Shown piece after piece: positions 14,239-14,891 of a stretch of DNA of 14,891 bases. Under the pieces are notes generated by a model, which was given only the letters and a program-made list of their open reading frames with translations, was not told the DNA's origin and made no database searches. Numbering within the stretch: position 1 is the stretch's first letter; the number at the start of each line of letters is the position of its first letter. The DNA is from an uncultured bacterium. Its GTDB lineage: Bacteria; CAIJMQ01. The stretch lies in the NCBI GenBank assembly GCA_964573245.1, contig CAZNJA010000028.1:1805-16695 (forward strand). The letters are read 5' to 3'. The translations under genes were made by a program, and so were the position numbers.

Positions 14239-14891
14239 ATGAAACTTAAAGACAAAGTATCTTTGGTTACTGGAGCTGCGCAGGGTATCGGCAAAGCGAT
14301 TGCTTCGAAATTGGCGCAGGAAGGCTCGGATATAATTCTTGTCGATATCAACAAAGAAAAATGCGAAGAAACCGCAGGCGAAATTCAGGAGAAAAACAGA
14401 AAAACATGGTCTTATCAGATAGATGTTTCGGACTATAAACAGGTAGAATCTCTTTTTGACGGCGAGATGGCAAAATGGGGGAGAATAGATATTCTTGTAA
14501 ATAATGCGGGCATTACCAAAGACAATCTTATTTTAAGAATGAAGGAAGAAGAATGGGACGATGTGCTCAAAATAAATCTCAAAGGCGTGTTCAATTTTTC
14601 CAAAGCTGCGAGCAAGTTCATGATGAAACAAAGAGCGGGCGTTATTATCAATATATCCTCGATTATTGGCATTATGGGAAATGCGGGGCAAGTTAATTAT
14701 TCGGCATCCAAAGCTGGAGTGATAGGCGTTACAAAATCTCTGGCCAGGGAATTGGCTTCGCGCAATATAAGAGTAAACGCAGTCGCGCCCGGATTCATTC
14801 AGACTTCCATGACAGATAGATTGACCGAAGAACAAAAACAGCTTATGCTTAACGCAATTCCTTTAAAGAGAATAGGAACACCCGAAGAAGT
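14239..14891 (+). CDS. fabG: 3-oxoacyl-[ACP] reductase (partial, runs off the window; absent from the ORF track)
   Basis: Translated by hand from ATG 14239: MKLKDKVSLVTGAAQGIG..DILVNNAGITKDNLILRMKEEEWD..NISSIIG..GNAGQVNYSASKAG..RELASRNIRVNAVAPGFIQT. Contains the SDR TGxxxGIG, NNAG and YxxxK motifs. Confidence 0.93.
   Translation, partial: MKLKDKVSLVTGAAQGIGKAIASKLAQEGSDIILVDINKEKCEETAGEIQEKNRKTWSYQIDVSDYKQVESLFDGEMAKWGRIDILVNNAGITKDNLILRMKEEEWDDVLKINLKGVFNFSKAASKFMMKQRAGVIINISSIIGIMGNAGQVNYSASKAGVIGVTKSLARELASRNIRVNAVAPGFIQTSMTDRLTEEQKQLMLNAIPLKRIGTPEE

Noticed and set aside
14433..14835. Two minus-strand ORFs (79 and 100 aa)
   Set aside because: Antisense shadows of fabG, which the ORF track missed because it has no stop inside the window.

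Overview
AT-rich bacterial chromosomal segment, probably from a diderm and possibly uncultured lineage (PVC/Omnitrophota-like is only a guess). Bases 1-10240 on the + strand carry an apparent osmoadaptation/trehalose locus. It runs: the 3' end of a probable hflC, mscS, yggT (possibly frameshifted at its 5' end), a four-gene trehalose/maltose-type ABC importer, and then a separately promoted, tightly coupled operon CBS protein - CPA2 cation/H+ antiporter - otsB - DUF5752/OrfY-like protein - TreT-type glycosyltransferase. No otsA is present in the window. The - strand then holds a small membrane plus Zn-ribbon protein, tRNA-Asp(GTC) and tRNA-Val(TAC) separated by an inverted heptamer array, and a radical SAM/SPASM protein. 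Divergently transcribed are purN, a RimI-like acetyltransferase, a 74-aa two-helix membrane protein resembling magnetosome MamI, and a fabG cut off by the window end. No mobile element, integrase or CRISPR array was seen. All family assignments come from motif recognition by eye, not from database searches.
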